Below are positions 27,642 through 40,200 of a stretch of 64,000 nucleotides of DNA, one piece after another. Both the position numbers and the translations under genes were made by a program. Positions within the stretch are counted from its first letter, which is position 1. The number at the start of each line of letters is the position of its first letter. Origin of the DNA: a candidate division FCPU426 bacterium (GTDB taxonomy: Bacteria > Oederibacteriota > JAAXVQ01 > JAUVAV01); NCBI GenBank assembly GCA_040756875.1, contig JBFLYH010000001.1:1024001-1088000 (forward strand), given 5' to 3'. The notes under the pieces were generated by a model. It made no database searches. It had not been told where the DNA came from and saw only the letters and a program-made list of their open reading frames with translations.

Positions 27642-28229
27642 TCAGGATTGCTCCCCGCCCGCCCGTGGTCCGGTCGGGTCGGCCTGGAAGAAACTCAGGG
27701 TCGTGGAACCATAGTCCCGGCTGCGGTATTTGCGGCACCCGGCCCAGGCTTCGGGCGCGGCCCATTTGCGGTCGTGCTGCAGCACCGCGATGCCGTTGGG
27801 CGCCAGCAATCCGGCCAGGCTCTTTTCCATGGTCCAGCGTTCGGTTTCGGACCGGTGATAGGGCGGATCCAGAAAAATGATATGAAACCGCTCGCTCCGC
27901 TGCCCCAGCCTGCGGGCCACGGCCACGGCGTCGCCCTGGATCACCTCCGCGCGCTCGCCCTTGGGATCCAGGCGTTCCACGTTGTCGCGCAGCACGCGGC
28001 AGATATGGGCGTCCCCTTCCACGAACACGGCGCGGCTGCAGCCGCGGCTCAGGGCTTCAAGCCCGATGGTCCCGGCGCCGGCGTACAGGTCGAGAAAACG
28101 CGCGGAAAGCAGATGGGGCGCCAGGATGTTGAACAGAGCTTCGCGCACGCGGCTCAACGTCGGCCGCGTGCGATTGCCGGCCGGGCTTTTCAGGCGCCGG
28201 CCGTGAAAATCGCCTGCGATGATGCGCAT
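27642..28229 (-). CDS. rsmD: 16S rRNA m2G966 methyltransferase RsmD
   Basis: MRIIAG..GRRL, TRPT..RVREALFN, DLYAGAG, EALSRG and FLDPPY motifs. Confidence 0.95.
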   Translation of the reverse strand: MRIIAGDFHGRRLKSPAGNRTRPTLSRVREALFNILAPHLLSARFLDLYAGAGTIGLEALSRGCSRAVFVEGDAHICRVLRDNVERLDPKGERAEVIQGDAVAVARRLGQRSERFHIIFLDPPYHRSETERWTMEKSLAGLLAPNGIAVLQHDRKWAAPEAWAGCRKYRSRDYGSTTLSFFQADPTGPRAGGEQS

Positions 28230-28251
28230 GGATGCTGGATACCGGGGCCGG

Positions 28252-28641
28252 CTAGGCGGGCAGGAACTTTTTAACGCTCTGGCGGAGTTTGTTCAGATCG
28301 AAGGGCTTGACGATGTAATCGTCGGCTTTGACTTTGAACCCTTCCTCGATTTCGCGTTTCTGGCCGAAGGCGGTGAGCATGACGACCGGAATTTTCATGG
28401 TGGAGGCTTCGCTTTTCAGGCGGCGGCAGATTTCATAACCGTTCAGCTTGGGCAGCATGATGTCCAGAAGGATCAGGTCGGGATTGGCGGTCAGGGCCAT
28501 GTGCAGCCCCTCCTCCCCTTCCATGGCTTTGAGAATGTCGTAGCTGTCTTCGGTGGACTTGAGGGTCTCGGTGACCAATTCCATGATATCCGGTTCGTCT
28601 TCGATGATCAGGATTTTATACGCTTTGCCCGAACGGCTCAT
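28252..28641 (-). CDS. Stand-alone response regulator receiver protein
   Basis: ILIIEDE, LLDIMLP, MLTA and DDYIVKPF motifs. ATG 28641 follows a purine-rich RBS. Confidence 0.9.
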   Translation of the reverse strand: MSRSGKAYKILIIEDEPDIMELVTETLKSTEDSYDILKAMEGEEGLHMALTANPDLILLDIMLPKLNGYEICRRLKSEASTMKIPVVMLTAFGQKREIEEGFKVKADDYIVKPFDLNKLRQSVKKFLPA

Positions 28642-28672
28642 GCCCCTCGTCCTCCTTGTTTCCAAGGTTTAT

Positions 28673-28701
28673 ATTATATGAAGCGGAAGAACGGCTGGCA
28701 A
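28673..28701 (-). promoter_or_regulatory. Putative sigma70 promoter for the response regulator-rsmD unit
   Basis: TTGCCA-17-TATAAT on the minus strand. Confidence 0.7.
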
Positions 28702-28720
28702 GTTTATTTTCTTGCGCCGG

Positions 28721-29053
28721 TTATTCAACGGATTCCTCCCCCACCGGGGGCAAGGGATAGGCCGTGCGGCGCGACGCTCTGGACATATAGAGAAAGGCGC
28801 CGTGAGGGCGGTCCACCTTGGCTGCCTGGCCGATCAAGTCGAAAATTTCGTCGGCGCGGCGCGCTTCGATCAGCACGGTCAGCACTTCCTTCTCGAAGGC
28901 CAGCGGCGTCTGATCCGCCACGGAAGATCCCCGGGCATGGCAGGCCACGGCCGTATTGACGCCCGCGCGCCGCAACGCCTTGAGCACCGGCGCGCTGGCG
29001 CCGCGGTAAAGCACGGCCGTGATCACCCGCGCGGCTTCCTTGACCGGGCTCAC
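28721..29053 (-). CDS. Divergent P-II-like protein
   Basis: 'ARGSS...EKEVLTVLI...ADEIF...GAFLYM' parallels the adjacent P-II protein. Confidence 0.7.
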   Translation of the reverse strand: MSPVKEAARVITAVLYRGASAPVLKALRRAGVNTAVACHARGSSVADQTPLAFEKEVLTVLIEARRADEIFDLIGQAAKVDRPHGAFLYMSRASRRTAYPLPPVGEESVE

Positions 29054-29427
29054 GGCCGGCCCGCCTTGTCCCCGGCCATGGCTTTGAGCACCTCATGGGG
29101 GATGTAGGTGGCGGCCTTCTCGAGGGGGGTAAGGTAGATGAACCCCATGCCCGGCGTGTCCAGCTTGCCGGCGGCGAACATGCACTCGAAAATCCGGTCC
29201 GCCTGATCGGTGGAAACCACCACCTGGATGACTTCCTTCTCCACCTCGACCGCGATGCCCAGCACGCCCAAGCGTTCCCGCACGCCTGTCCCGCGTCCGT
29301 AGAAAATAGTGGCGCCCTGAGCCCCGGCTTCGCGCGCGGCTTTCACGATGGTGTCGGCCGCCCCCCGCTGCACGATGCAGGTGATCAGGGCCACGTCGGT
29401 CAAAACGGTCATTTTACGCTGCGGCAT
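29050..29427 (-). CDS. P-II family regulator
   Basis: AGAQGATIFYGRGTG, EKEVI and PGMGFIY motifs. Confidence 0.88.
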   Translation of the reverse strand: MPQRKMTVLTDVALITCIVQRGAADTIVKAAREAGAQGATIFYGRGTGVRERLGVLGIAVEVEKEVIQVVVSTDQADRIFECMFAAGKLDTPGMGFIYLTPLEKAATYIPHEVLKAMAGDKAGRP

Positions 29428-29433
29428 GGACAG

Positions 29434-31170
29434 TCACTCCTCGACGAGGATTTTGGGCGCACTGCGGCGGGCGCGCCATTGCACGTACAATCCGACGGAC
29501 AGGACGGACAGGATGGGAAACACCGAGGCGGCGGCCAAAACGCCGAATCCCTCGATCACGCCCAGCGCCCGCCCAAACCCCAGGCCCATGGCGAGCACGA
29601 GCGGAACCGTCACCGGGCCGGTGGTGACGCCGGCGCTGTCCCAGGCCACGTTGACATAGGCTTCGGAGGAAAAAAAGGTCAGGAGCAGGGCTAGGGAGTA
29701 CGCCAGGAACAGGATCAGCGTCAGGTTGAGCCCGAAAACCAGTTTAAGCACGCCCACGGTGATCCCGCAGGCCACACCCAGGGAAACCGCGTACATGAGC
29801 AGGGTCTTCTTGAAAGCGCCGCTGGTGAGGTTCTCCACGGTCAGCCCCAGGGCGTTGAGCGCGGGTTCGGCCAGCGTGGCGCCGAATCCCAACACCCAGC
29901 TGAACAGGCAGGCCAGCAGCACGCCGGTGACCAGGCTGAAAAGCGGAGACCCGGCGATGGCCGGGATGTTCGTGAAGGCGCCGGGGATCAGGCTGCCGGA
30001 TTGCCCGCCCAGTTTCGAAAGGCCGTAGGTCAGGCCGAGGTTGAACAGGATCATGCCCGCGACGGCCAAGGCCAGGCCGTAAACGATGAAGCGCCCCTGC
30101 GCCAGCCTTTCCCGCAGGATGAACCGCAGCACCAGGAACAGAAAAAGGATGAGCGGCACGATGGCCCGCAACCCCGTAACGATCTCGACGCCGGGCGTGG
30201 TCTCGTACCAGGCCGCGCCGCCGGCGGCGACGGCGGACCCGGACGCCAGCAGGGCTGGCAGCTGGGCCGGCGGAAACGCATTCACCGCCGCTATCCCGAG
30301 CAGCAGGACGCCCATGATCGGGTACAATGAGGCCAGCGTGACGATGCCGAAGCCCGAGAGGGATTCATTCCCCCGGGTGACCGCCGCGGCCACGCCGATG
30401 CCCAGCGCCAGCACCAGGGGCACGGTCACCGGCCCCGTAGTCACGGCTCCGCAATCCCAGGCCAATCCGATCAGAGTGCGCAAATGGGGATGCCATTGGC
30501 AGGCAACCGTAAGCGCGAGCAGGGGGATCAGACTGAAATAAACGATCGGTTTGAGGCTCCAGCCGCGCACGAACCGCAGGGTGCCGACCACCGCAGCCAG
30601 GCCCACGCCCGCGCCCACCACCAGCACCAGCCAGACGGACCAACGGTTCAGCAGCAGATGAAGATACGGCGCTTTGGCGGGATCTACGATCGATCCCGCC
30701 ACTTGCAACGCGCCGATAGCCGGTTCGGCGAAGGTGACCCCCACGCCCAGTAAAAACGTGATGCCCAAAACCACAAACAGGCCGGTGCGGCGCGGCAGGT
30801 TGTTGCCGATGGTCTCGCCGAACGGCATCAGCCCGAGCTTGAGGCCTTCCATAAACAGCATGAGGCCGGCCATGACCGCCAGCAGGCCGGCGGCAATCAC
30901 CGCGGCATCAGCCACGGATTGGCGGAGCACCAGCCATTGGAAAAGCGCCAGATACAGCGCCAGGGGAAACACGGCCTTGAATTGTTCGCTGAAACGGGTG
31001 CCGAGGTACGGCGCCAGCAGGCGGTAGATATCCATGGAGCGCAGCTTCAGCTTGCGTTCCCTGGCAGCGGTTTCAGCCTCGGATTTTGGCGTCAAGCGGT
31101 TGTAGCTGACTTGAGTGCTCTGGACGCTGACTTGGCGGAGATAATCACCGAAGCGGACGGGTTTGGGCAT
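29434..31170 (-). CDS. DUF1538 membrane protein (two fused DUF1538 units)
   Basis: AEPA and AWD-x-x-x-VTTGPVTVPLVLA motifs each occur twice; adjacent to P-II genes. Confidence 0.88.
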   Translation of the reverse strand: MPKPVRFGDYLRQVSVQSTQVSYNRLTPKSEAETAARERKLKLRSMDIYRLLAPYLGTRFSEQFKAVFPLALYLALFQWLVLRQSVADAAVIAAGLLAVMAGLMLFMEGLKLGLMPFGETIGNNLPRRTGLFVVLGITFLLGVGVTFAEPAIGALQVAGSIVDPAKAPYLHLLLNRWSVWLVLVVGAGVGLAAVVGTLRFVRGWSLKPIVYFSLIPLLALTVACQWHPHLRTLIGLAWDCGAVTTGPVTVPLVLALGIGVAAAVTRGNESLSGFGIVTLASLYPIMGVLLLGIAAVNAFPPAQLPALLASGSAVAAGGAAWYETTPGVEIVTGLRAIVPLILFLFLVLRFILRERLAQGRFIVYGLALAVAGMILFNLGLTYGLSKLGGQSGSLIPGAFTNIPAIAGSPLFSLVTGVLLACLFSWVLGFGATLAEPALNALGLTVENLTSGAFKKTLLMYAVSLGVACGITVGVLKLVFGLNLTLILFLAYSLALLLTFFSSEAYVNVAWDSAGVTTGPVTVPLVLAMGLGFGRALGVIEGFGVLAAASVFPILSVLSVGLYVQWRARRSAPKILVEE

Positions 31171-31286
31171 GACCGGTAAAAAATAACCTAAAAAAAGCTG
31201 TCTGGCAAGAATTTTCCCTGAGGGCCGTTTGCGCCTCCCTGTTCAACCGCCACGGGTTCAGGGAAAACGCGAAGCGACCGCAACCG

Positions 31287-34200
31287 TCAGGCGGCTTGTC
31301 CGGGCGAATAGCGCAGGCGCGGACGGCGCAACGGCTTTTCGAGATCCAGGGGCGCGAGGAAGGGCCACGGTTCGAGCAGCTTGCGCACGCGGCCGGTCCA
31401 GCTGGCGCGCCGGAGCAGAACGCCGGGCAGCAGCAGGCGTTGGTCGCGTCCGGTCCCGAGCGCGGCCACGGGGGCGCTGCGCAGGGCCGCGAGCCGGGAC
31501 AGCAGGGCCGAAGCGTAAGTCCATTCGGCCAGGCGCTGGCCGGGGTCAGGCACGGCTTGCAGCCACTCCAGCAGGGCCAGGGCCAGGGCCGCTTCCTGCC
31601 CGGCGCCTGGTTCGCGGGCAAAGGCCAGGTACGCCGCGCCAAGCGGATCGTCCGCGCTGGCCCAGGCCGCGGCCAGTTCCGCTGCGGCGGCGGCTTCGGG
31701 CTGCCGACGTTTGGCGTCAGCCTGCACCAGCCGCAGATACAATTCCGGCGCGCGCGTCATGAGCAGCCGCTGGCTGAAACGCGCCAGCCAGGACGGTTGC
31801 ACGCTGCTCAGGCGGTAGAACGCGTTCGCAACGGTTTCGGTCCAGGCAGCCGCCGCGTGCTGGCGGTAGAATTCGGCGCTGCGGTAGCGAAGGATCTGGC
31901 GCGCGGTTTCCGCGGCCAGTGCGGACCGCAGCCGCGCCCAGCGCCCGGCTGCAGCCGGCGCGCCCAGATCGGCCAGGAGCGATCCGCTGAGGTCGAGGCG
32001 CGCCGTCTGACCGGCCAGGGCTTCATAGCGGCCGAGCAGGCGCTCGGTCCAGGCGGCCGTTTCCTCCAGCTGCTCGGTGGCGAGCTGATGCGGACGGAAG
32101 GAGGCCGATTCCACGTCGTCCCGCGGGAAGTATCGCCGTTTGAGCAGGTCGAGGCGTTCCTCGGCCAGCCCGGCGTCGGACACGGTCATCGGAGCCAGAC
32201 GGCCGACGACCCAGCGGCCGGTCTGAAGCAGGATCAACCACAGGAGGCGCGGCGTCCGCCAACGCTGGAATACGCGGAAAGGACGGTTCAGCAACGGCTG
32301 GTTGACCAGCGCCTCGGCGGCGGATAACCGGCGCGCCAGGCGCGGGGTCAGCCGGCCGCCTTCGGCGCTTGAGTACCGGACCTGGCGGAAAATCAGGGCG
32401 CCGGGCTGGGACTCAGGCCATCCCCGGAGCCGGAGGCTGAAACGGGCGCCGACTGATTCCAAGGCTGTCAGGCCGGGTTCTCCGGGATGAAGCTGTTTGA
32501 GATAAGTATTGCGGATGGGTTCCGCGGGCAGGGATTCCCAGCGGTCCGCAATCACGAATCCGTTCCGTTTCAGAAATTGCCGGACCATGACGCCGGCCAG
32601 GCGTCCGAGTTTCAGCGCGGGGTTCCCGAGTTCCTGGGTTTGGTATTGTCCAACTTTCAGCAGCAGGAAATCAAACGGGCCGCGGCGGTCCAAGGCATCG
32701 GCATACGTTTCCGTGTCCTCGAGGTCCGCGACCTGCAGATAAGTGAGGCGCCGGATCTTGCCCCCCCATTCGAAGTGGACCGTGAACTGCCGGGGATCAG
32801 TCCTGCTCTGCACGGGTTCGCTGATATGGGTGGCGCCCAGCAGGTTGAGTTCCAGATTAAGGAACGGCCAGATTCCGGTCCGCGTCAGCACCGTGCGCGG
32901 CAGGCCGAGAATCTTGCCGTGTACCTGCTTGAACCGCAGATAGTAGGTTTGATTGCTGTCCAACGCCGCGCGGGACAGGGGTTTTCCGGCCGGCTGCCAT
33001 GGCAGGTCGTCCACCAGCATCAGGTCCTCGGCTTGGGTGGCGTTCAGGAGCGTCGCCAGATCGGCCAAGGGGCGCACGGCCAGGACGCGTTTGCGCTGCC
33101 GGCGCTGGTCTTCCGGATTTACCAGTCGGGCGATGTGGCGGAGATAGTCCAGGTTGAGCGTTCCGCCCACCAGGCGCGCCTCCAGGGACTCGGTCCGCCC
33201 CACGTAAACCAGCGCGGCCTTCAGGGGGTCGCGTTTCATGATGACATAGTCCGTTTCCTGCGGCCCCACGATCTGCAGCAAATAGGCGTCTTCGCCGACC
33301 GCGCTCAAGACCGTGGCATTCGCCGTATCCATGCGCCACATCAGTTGCACGTGGTCGCCGGGAAGCAGCCGCTGTTCCCCGGCTTTGACTTCCTGGGTCA
33401 ATTCCACCGGGTTTAGGGGCAGGGGCGCGGTTTGGCGGCCGGCGGACGGTTCGCTCGCGGACCAGCCGGAATGGAAGATCCGCTTGGGCGACTCCCGGAT
33501 CGCATTCCGCCGGAATCCGCGCAGCCGGAAGTAGAGGTAATGGACCACCTCCACCATGGACATGCCGTTGATTTCTTCCAGCAGGCCGGCCCCGAAACGG
33601 GAGAGGCGCTTGTGGTCCTGGGTGCCGGCCTTGATGCCGTCCAGTTCGGGCACCAGTTCGCCCAGGGCCCGCGCCAGTTCCTGCTGGTTGTCGAGCATGG
33701 TGCCGTCGTAGTCGAAGACCACGGCCTTGACATTGCGGATGGAGATGCGCTGGTTGGTTTTGGCGTCGTAAAAACGCAGGGTGTTTTCGCGCGGGCTCCA
33801 TTCAAAGGCGTTGTAATCCGAGATCAGGTGGTCCGCGCCGTACGTGGCCAGTTCGGTTTGCTCCAGGTCCGGCGCCCGGCCGATGGCCACGGTGCCCGGC
33901 ACCATCTTCGCGGCGCTCATGTCCAGGCCGCCGTCGCCGATCATGACCACCACGCCCGGGTCCGCTGAAACGGCGTGCGCACGCCGGAGCGTGTCGGTTT
34001 TGGGGAACCGGGCGCCGAAGATCCGGCCGGTGAAGTGGGATTCCAAGCCGCGTTGCTTGAGCTCCCGCCAGGTGCGCCCTTCGGCCGAGCCGGTGGCGAT
34101 GAAGAGCGGCAGGTTCGAAGCCCGGAAGTCGTCAAGCATCCGCTGCAAGCCGGGCGTAAGGGCCTTGAGTTCGCCCCGCGAATACAGTGTCCGCCAGGCC

Positions 34201-37200
34201 CGGCTGCGGCCCACCCGCAGGGCAAACCAGAAAACCGCCAGCGGACGCCCGAGCTCACGCAGGAAATATACCAGCGGCAGGACGGGATTGAGGTAAATCG
34301 AACGGCCGCGCCAGCCGTCCAGGCGCATGTGTTCCTGGGCCTGAACGTTGAGGAGGATGGTGAGGCGCAGGGCCCAATTCACGGCCTGGAGCACGGCCAG
34401 ATAAGCGCGCTCCGCCCGGTTTTCCCCCTGCGTCCAGTCGATATCCTGGACCAGCCAGCGGGCGATGAACACGCGCCGGTCCAGGGTTTCTGCAAAACGG
34501 CGGCTCACGCGGTCAATGGCCGAAAAATCCACCGGCACGTCGAACGACAGGCGGATGAGGCGCATGAGCATGTGGTTGTCTGTCAGGGTGTTGGCCGGCA
34601 GGCTTTGGTGCACAAAATGGGCGAACAGCCAGTTGGCCACTCCGGGCAGGGCGCGGCTGCCGTAAAGCAAAGTGCCGAAGCCGAAGAGCCCGAGCCAGGC
34701 CTGGGCAAACCAGGCGCCGGTCAGGGGCGCGAGCAACGCCAGGCCGAGGCCGGCTGCCAGACCCCAGCCGGAGAAAGCCAGCACATTGGCCGCCAGGTCA
34801 AAGCGCTTGCCCTGGTCTTTTTCGCCTTCCTCCGGCGCCCGGGCCCTGGCTGCATCCGCCTGATCCGCAGCAGTCGCCATTCCCAGGGCGTCGCTGGCCG
34901 CCTGGCGGACAGCCGGATGATAATCGTTCAACCCGCCGATGATCAGCCGTTTGACCGCGCCGCGCACTGCCTGGTTTTCCGCCGGAAACGCCGTGTACAG
35001 ATTGCCCAATGTGCGGTAGAGCTGGCTGCGCAGGGGCGTGCTGGGTTCCTCCTCCAGCCGCCGCATGATGACCTGCAGACCTTCCAGGCCCTGGGTGCCC
35101 AGGGCCTGGGCCGCGCCCAAGCGGGCCAGACGATGCTGTCGTGGATCGAAGAAATCCGCGGCCATGGCTTTGACCGCGGTCTGTTCCATCGGGCGGACTT
35201 CCAGCACGAACACCGCAGCCTCGACAATGCCCGCGATATTCTCGCTTTCCTTGCCCACGGCACGGATGCGGTAGCCCTGTTCATACAGCAGCTGGAAGAA
35301 GCGCGGGCTGCGGATCAGGTACGGCAGCACGATCTGGCCGTTGGGTTTGAGATGGTTTTTGGCCTGGCGGAGGAATTCGGCGATCACCTGCAGGCCCGGA
35401 TCCTTGAACGCCTGCTGGGCCATGGATTCAGCCGGCTGGTCGATCATGGGCGGGTTGAAATAAATCTGATCGAACAGGCCCAGGGGTTTGCCGGAAAGCA
35501 GGGAGAAGAAATCCCCCACCCAGGCTTTCACCCGGTCAGCCACGCCCAGGCGCCTGGCGACGTCGTTGGCATTGGCCACGGCCATGGGGTTGAAATCCAC
35601 GGCCACCACTTCAGCCGCGCCGCGCTGCGCGGCCAGGACCGAAACCACGCCCATGCCGCAGCCCATTTCGCAGATGCGCTCGCCCGGCTTGACGTCCACG
35701 CTTTCGATCAGCGAGGTGCTGGACGGGCCCAGGGCCGTGAAAACCGAGGCATAGGTGGGCACGCGCCGGCCCAGGGCCGGCACTTCCGACCACTCGGCCA
35801 GAGCGAAGGGTTTGACCGGTTTGGCGCCGAGCCGCGCCAGCAGCGCATCCACCTGCGGCTGGACAGCCGCAAACGCGTCCGCCGGATCTTCCGCCATTTC
35901 GGTCATCACGCCGATATAATTTTCAGGCGAGCCCTCGGCTTCGATGACCAGGGCCAGCGGTCTGCCTTGAGGACGCAGCAAATGCAGGCGGACTTGCCCC
36001 CCCCGCAGCTGCAGATGGACAATCCGCTCCAGCAGGGCAATCTGGTCTCCGGGCACTTGCCACGTCTGGCGCTGGCTGTCCGCGGATATGATCCCCTGGG
36101 TTGCATCCAGGCCCAGCACGTGTAAAAACGGCAACCAGTCATCCAAGGCCTGGGGCGATTCCCCTTGGGTCGCAAAAGGCAGGGTCAATTGCCTGGATTC
36201 CCGGGCCTGGGCGGCTTGCTTCTGGATTTGATCCTGGGCTGCCAATTGCCGGACCACGTCATTCCAGGTGATTTTTTCAGCCAATTGATAGAAAGCCGGA
36301 GGCCCGCGCATATCCGGACTGAACATCCAATCCAGCAGTCCGGGCGCCAGTTGTGGCTGCTCGCTAACCACCCATAATGGCAGGTCACCCACGGTTTGCG
36401 AACGCACATCAATGGTGCCAAGTAAATGCAATGGATACAACATATCCATGTAATAGTTAAGGTATTCTCTCTGTATAAGGCGATATAGATAGGGTTTGTT
36501 TTGACGAGGCAGTTGATTTCTCAAGGACAGCCAGGTGCGGTTGCTCATCCGGCCCGCGTCCAGGCCCATATCGCGGAACAGGGTCCGGAAATGCCGGGTA
36601 AGCTCCTCGGTAATCTCGCGTTTACCGTGACGGAGGTTGTAGTCATTCAGCGTCCGGATGAGCTTGGTAATGGGCATCCGGATGAGCCGTTGCCAGTGTG
36701 CGCCCCTCTCCGCCGCATACCCTTCCCGTGGCTCGGAGAACAAGTGGGAAGCCTGTTGCCGCCATTCCTGGTAATGGATCCCACCCAGGGTGCCGTATTC
36801 GCTCAACACTTTGGCCGGATCGTCCCGGGGTGCGAGCAGAAGGTAGGCAAAACGATCATAGCCGGCTTCGGACTGCCCCATCCTCAGGCGCAGGAACAAC
36901 CGGCTGTCCTCTTCCACATATTGGATCTGGTAAGCATAAGGCGCGAGGTCCTGCAAGGCCGGTGGAACGCCTTTATCCAGCAACCCGGCCAGGGGCTTCC
37001 AGGCTGATTCAGCGACCAAACCGGGCGCTTCCCGCCAGACCATGGCCAGGGGGCCGATCGATGTGGTCAGGAACAGTTTGGCCCACGAGCCGCTGGCATC
37101 CAAAGTGGGCTGCAGCAAAGTTTTGCTTACCTGGCTGCTGTACAAAACGCCCTGTTCGAGCAGTTTGGAAACATCCGCAAGCTTGTCCATCGGATCTTTA

Positions 37201-40200
37201 TAATCTTCGCCCTCCAGAATCCGCTGGTAGTAAGGCGCCAAGCCCTGGTCCGGAGCAGCCCAGGATTTAATGTCCGCCAGCAGGCGCCCGGCGCGCTGCC
37301 GGTCAAAACGGACCAGGTCCTCGAAGCCCCGCAGGTTGATCCAGAGCAAGGCGAAAAGCTCCAGGTGTGCGGCCGGAGTCTGCGGCATCAGACGGGACAA
37401 CTGCAATTTGCCCAACTCCCGCGCGAGGGAAACGTCCAGCCAGTCCTGGTTTTGGAACACGCGCCAATCCAGGTATATTCTCGGCTTGGCGCCGGTCTGA
37501 AGCTCCTTCACCCCGGCCGAGGCGAAATCGCCGGACGTGATGATCAGTTCCACATTCAATTCCTCGGGGCTGAAGCGTCCGGTCTGCAGCAGGCGGCCGC
37601 GCGCCTGGTCCAGGGCGGATTGGAACGCAGTCAGGACGGCCGGACTGAGTTGCACGAACTCGTGGCTGACATCCGCCAGCTCCGATTCGCGCCAAGACGC
37701 TGCCTGGGCCAGGCGGCCGGCTGCCTCGCGGGGCAAGGACAGGCTGGACAGGCGGTTCCAGGATCCGGCCGCGATCTGCAGCGTGCGGCCTTCGAGGCTC
37801 GGCAATGCCCAGCCGCCCTGCCCTTTAAAAATCTTCATATCGTCCTGAGCGGCGATCTGGCCCAGCCCCAGCACCATGCCCATGGCCAGCATGCTTTCCG
37901 AAGCATTGTGGCCGGACAGCCACTGGGCCACGGCCGCCCCGGCCAAGACCAGCAAGGCCAGGGTATCAAGGTTTCCACCCAGGTAATGAAGAACCCACGC
38001 CCAGGCCGCCTGTGCGCGCACGGCCAGGCGCTGGTTCCGCGTGATCGCCGGCTTGCCGGTCCAGGCCAGAACGCGCTCCGCCTCCTGCCACAGTTCTTCC
38101 TCGGCGCCGGTGACCGGCACTCTCGCGATGGCTGCCGCGAACCGTTCTTCGTCTTTAACGACCAGGGACTGGCCGAGGTACACGGGGCTAAACCCGTCGT
38201 CCCTGGCCGCCACATATTCGTATTGTTCCTGCATCTCCTCCGGCGCCGCGGATTCAAAGGCAGCGCGATCGGCCTGGTCCGGGAAGTATACCTGCAATAC
38301 CGCCGCCTCGCCGGCGCCTGCCTTGAATTTGACCCAGGCCGTGGGTTCGGACGGAACGCTCGGCCCAAATCCGTATTCCCGCATCAGCACTTCGTGCAGA
38401 ATCAGGTTTTTCATGGCCGGGTGTGTTTGCCTGAGGCGCGGGAATTGGTTGAAGAACAGCGTCAACAGGGGCCGCAGCAGTCCCATGCCCCGTAAATCCC
38501 GGGCGATCAGCACGCCCCGCAGGCCGCTGCCCGCATAGCCGTCGGCGATCGGCATCCGGTAGGCCAGCAGCTCGGCGAATTCTTTGGCCGGGGTCTGGGG
38601 CCGGATCAGGCCCACGCCGATTTCCGTCACCAGGGACCTCTGCTGCCGCAGTTCCACGGTCCGGCCGCGCGACGTGAGGCGCACGCGGTCGCCGGCCAGC
38701 TGGATCTGGTCCGCCGCCGTCGCCGGCACGCCGCGTTCGGCCTCCAGCTGCGCCAGGGTCAGCGGCCGGCCGGCTTCGTCGCGCTGGAAGGACACGCGGT
38801 AAGCCACTTCGGCGTTGAACAGGCGGCTGGTGACGGGATTCAACCCCAGATGGCCGTCGGTATCGTTGAGCGCGCCCGGCGGAGAAGTGACCGGCTCCAG
38901 GGCGAAGAAACCCGTTTCCTTGTCCCACACCACCACGAACGGCATGTTTGCGGACTGGGCCACCTCGATCATCAGGCCTTCGGTCTCGTTGTAAGCGCGC
39001 GACACCACCTGGCCTTCTGGCTCGGCCTGCAGGTCGAGCAGCACACCGTGGCGGCTGCGGTCCGAAGCCTGGAAAGCGCGCAGGTCCATGGACGAACGGT
39101 CCACGGTCCGGGGCGGCCCGGTCGGAAGCATGTCCCGGGTGGGCAGCAGGCGTTCGGCCGGAACCTGCAGGAACCATTTCCCCTCCCCGCGTTTGAACCA
39201 GGGATGGCTGCCCGTGGTGAACACCGTGGCATTGTCCACCTGGATGCGGTTGAACAGCTCCGGACCGGACAGGCGGTAGGTCAGGGCCAGGCGGCCGGGG
39301 CCGAAACGCTTCAGGATCTCCGGATGGCTGCGGTTGTCGAAACGGACGCGGACTGAAAGGCCCTTGGCATTGACGCTGATTTTGTCCACGTGGAACGGCT
39401 GGCGCCGCACCAGGCCGTGATAGACGGTGCCCTGCGCGTTTTTCTTGGTCAGCCCGGCGTCCGTCAGCGCCTTGTCGCCCAGGTCGATGAGGCGGCCGTT
39501 GAACATGAATTGATTGCCGGCCACCTGGTCGATGTAGGGATACATGACTTCGATGCCGCCCGAGGACGGCACTTTGTCGAAATGCAGGATTTCCCGGCCG
39601 GCGACGGTGAAGGAAGCGATTTTGGCCGCGAACCCGGGCACGATCTCGAAGGAACTGTCGTGCGCCAGATCGCGGAAGATCAGGGTGTCATAGCCGTCGC
39701 GCGAACCCCGCTGGACGTCATAGCGCCCGGCCCAGGGCGAGAACCGCTCGGCCACCCGGGCGTAGGCGCGGGCCAGCCAGGCCGGCAGCCAGGGCGCGTT
39801 GACCTGTAAAACAAGGACGCGGGCGGCCAGGGCCTGTTGCCGCAGCGCGTCAGCAGGACTGGCTTCGGCCTGCAGCAGCAGGCTGCTCACGATCCGCAGG
39901 GCCCCGGCTTCGGCGCCCCGGGGGATTTGTTCGCGCAGGAAGGCGTCGAAAAAGCCCCGGCTGAGCCCGCCCATCTTCCGGGCGGCCGCGGGATCGGCCA
40001 GCAGCGCCTGCAGCAAGCCGCGGTCGAACATCCGCGCTCCGCCGGCCGCTTCGAGCCCCTGCCAGGCTTCGCGGTTGTATTCCCAGTGCGAACCGAAATA
40101 CAGCACGGGCTTGCCCTGGGCCGCGGGCTCCAGTAGGTTGCGGTCGTTGCCCATCACCACCACGTCGGCTGCTGCGTAGAAGGCGTTCATCTCGCCGACG

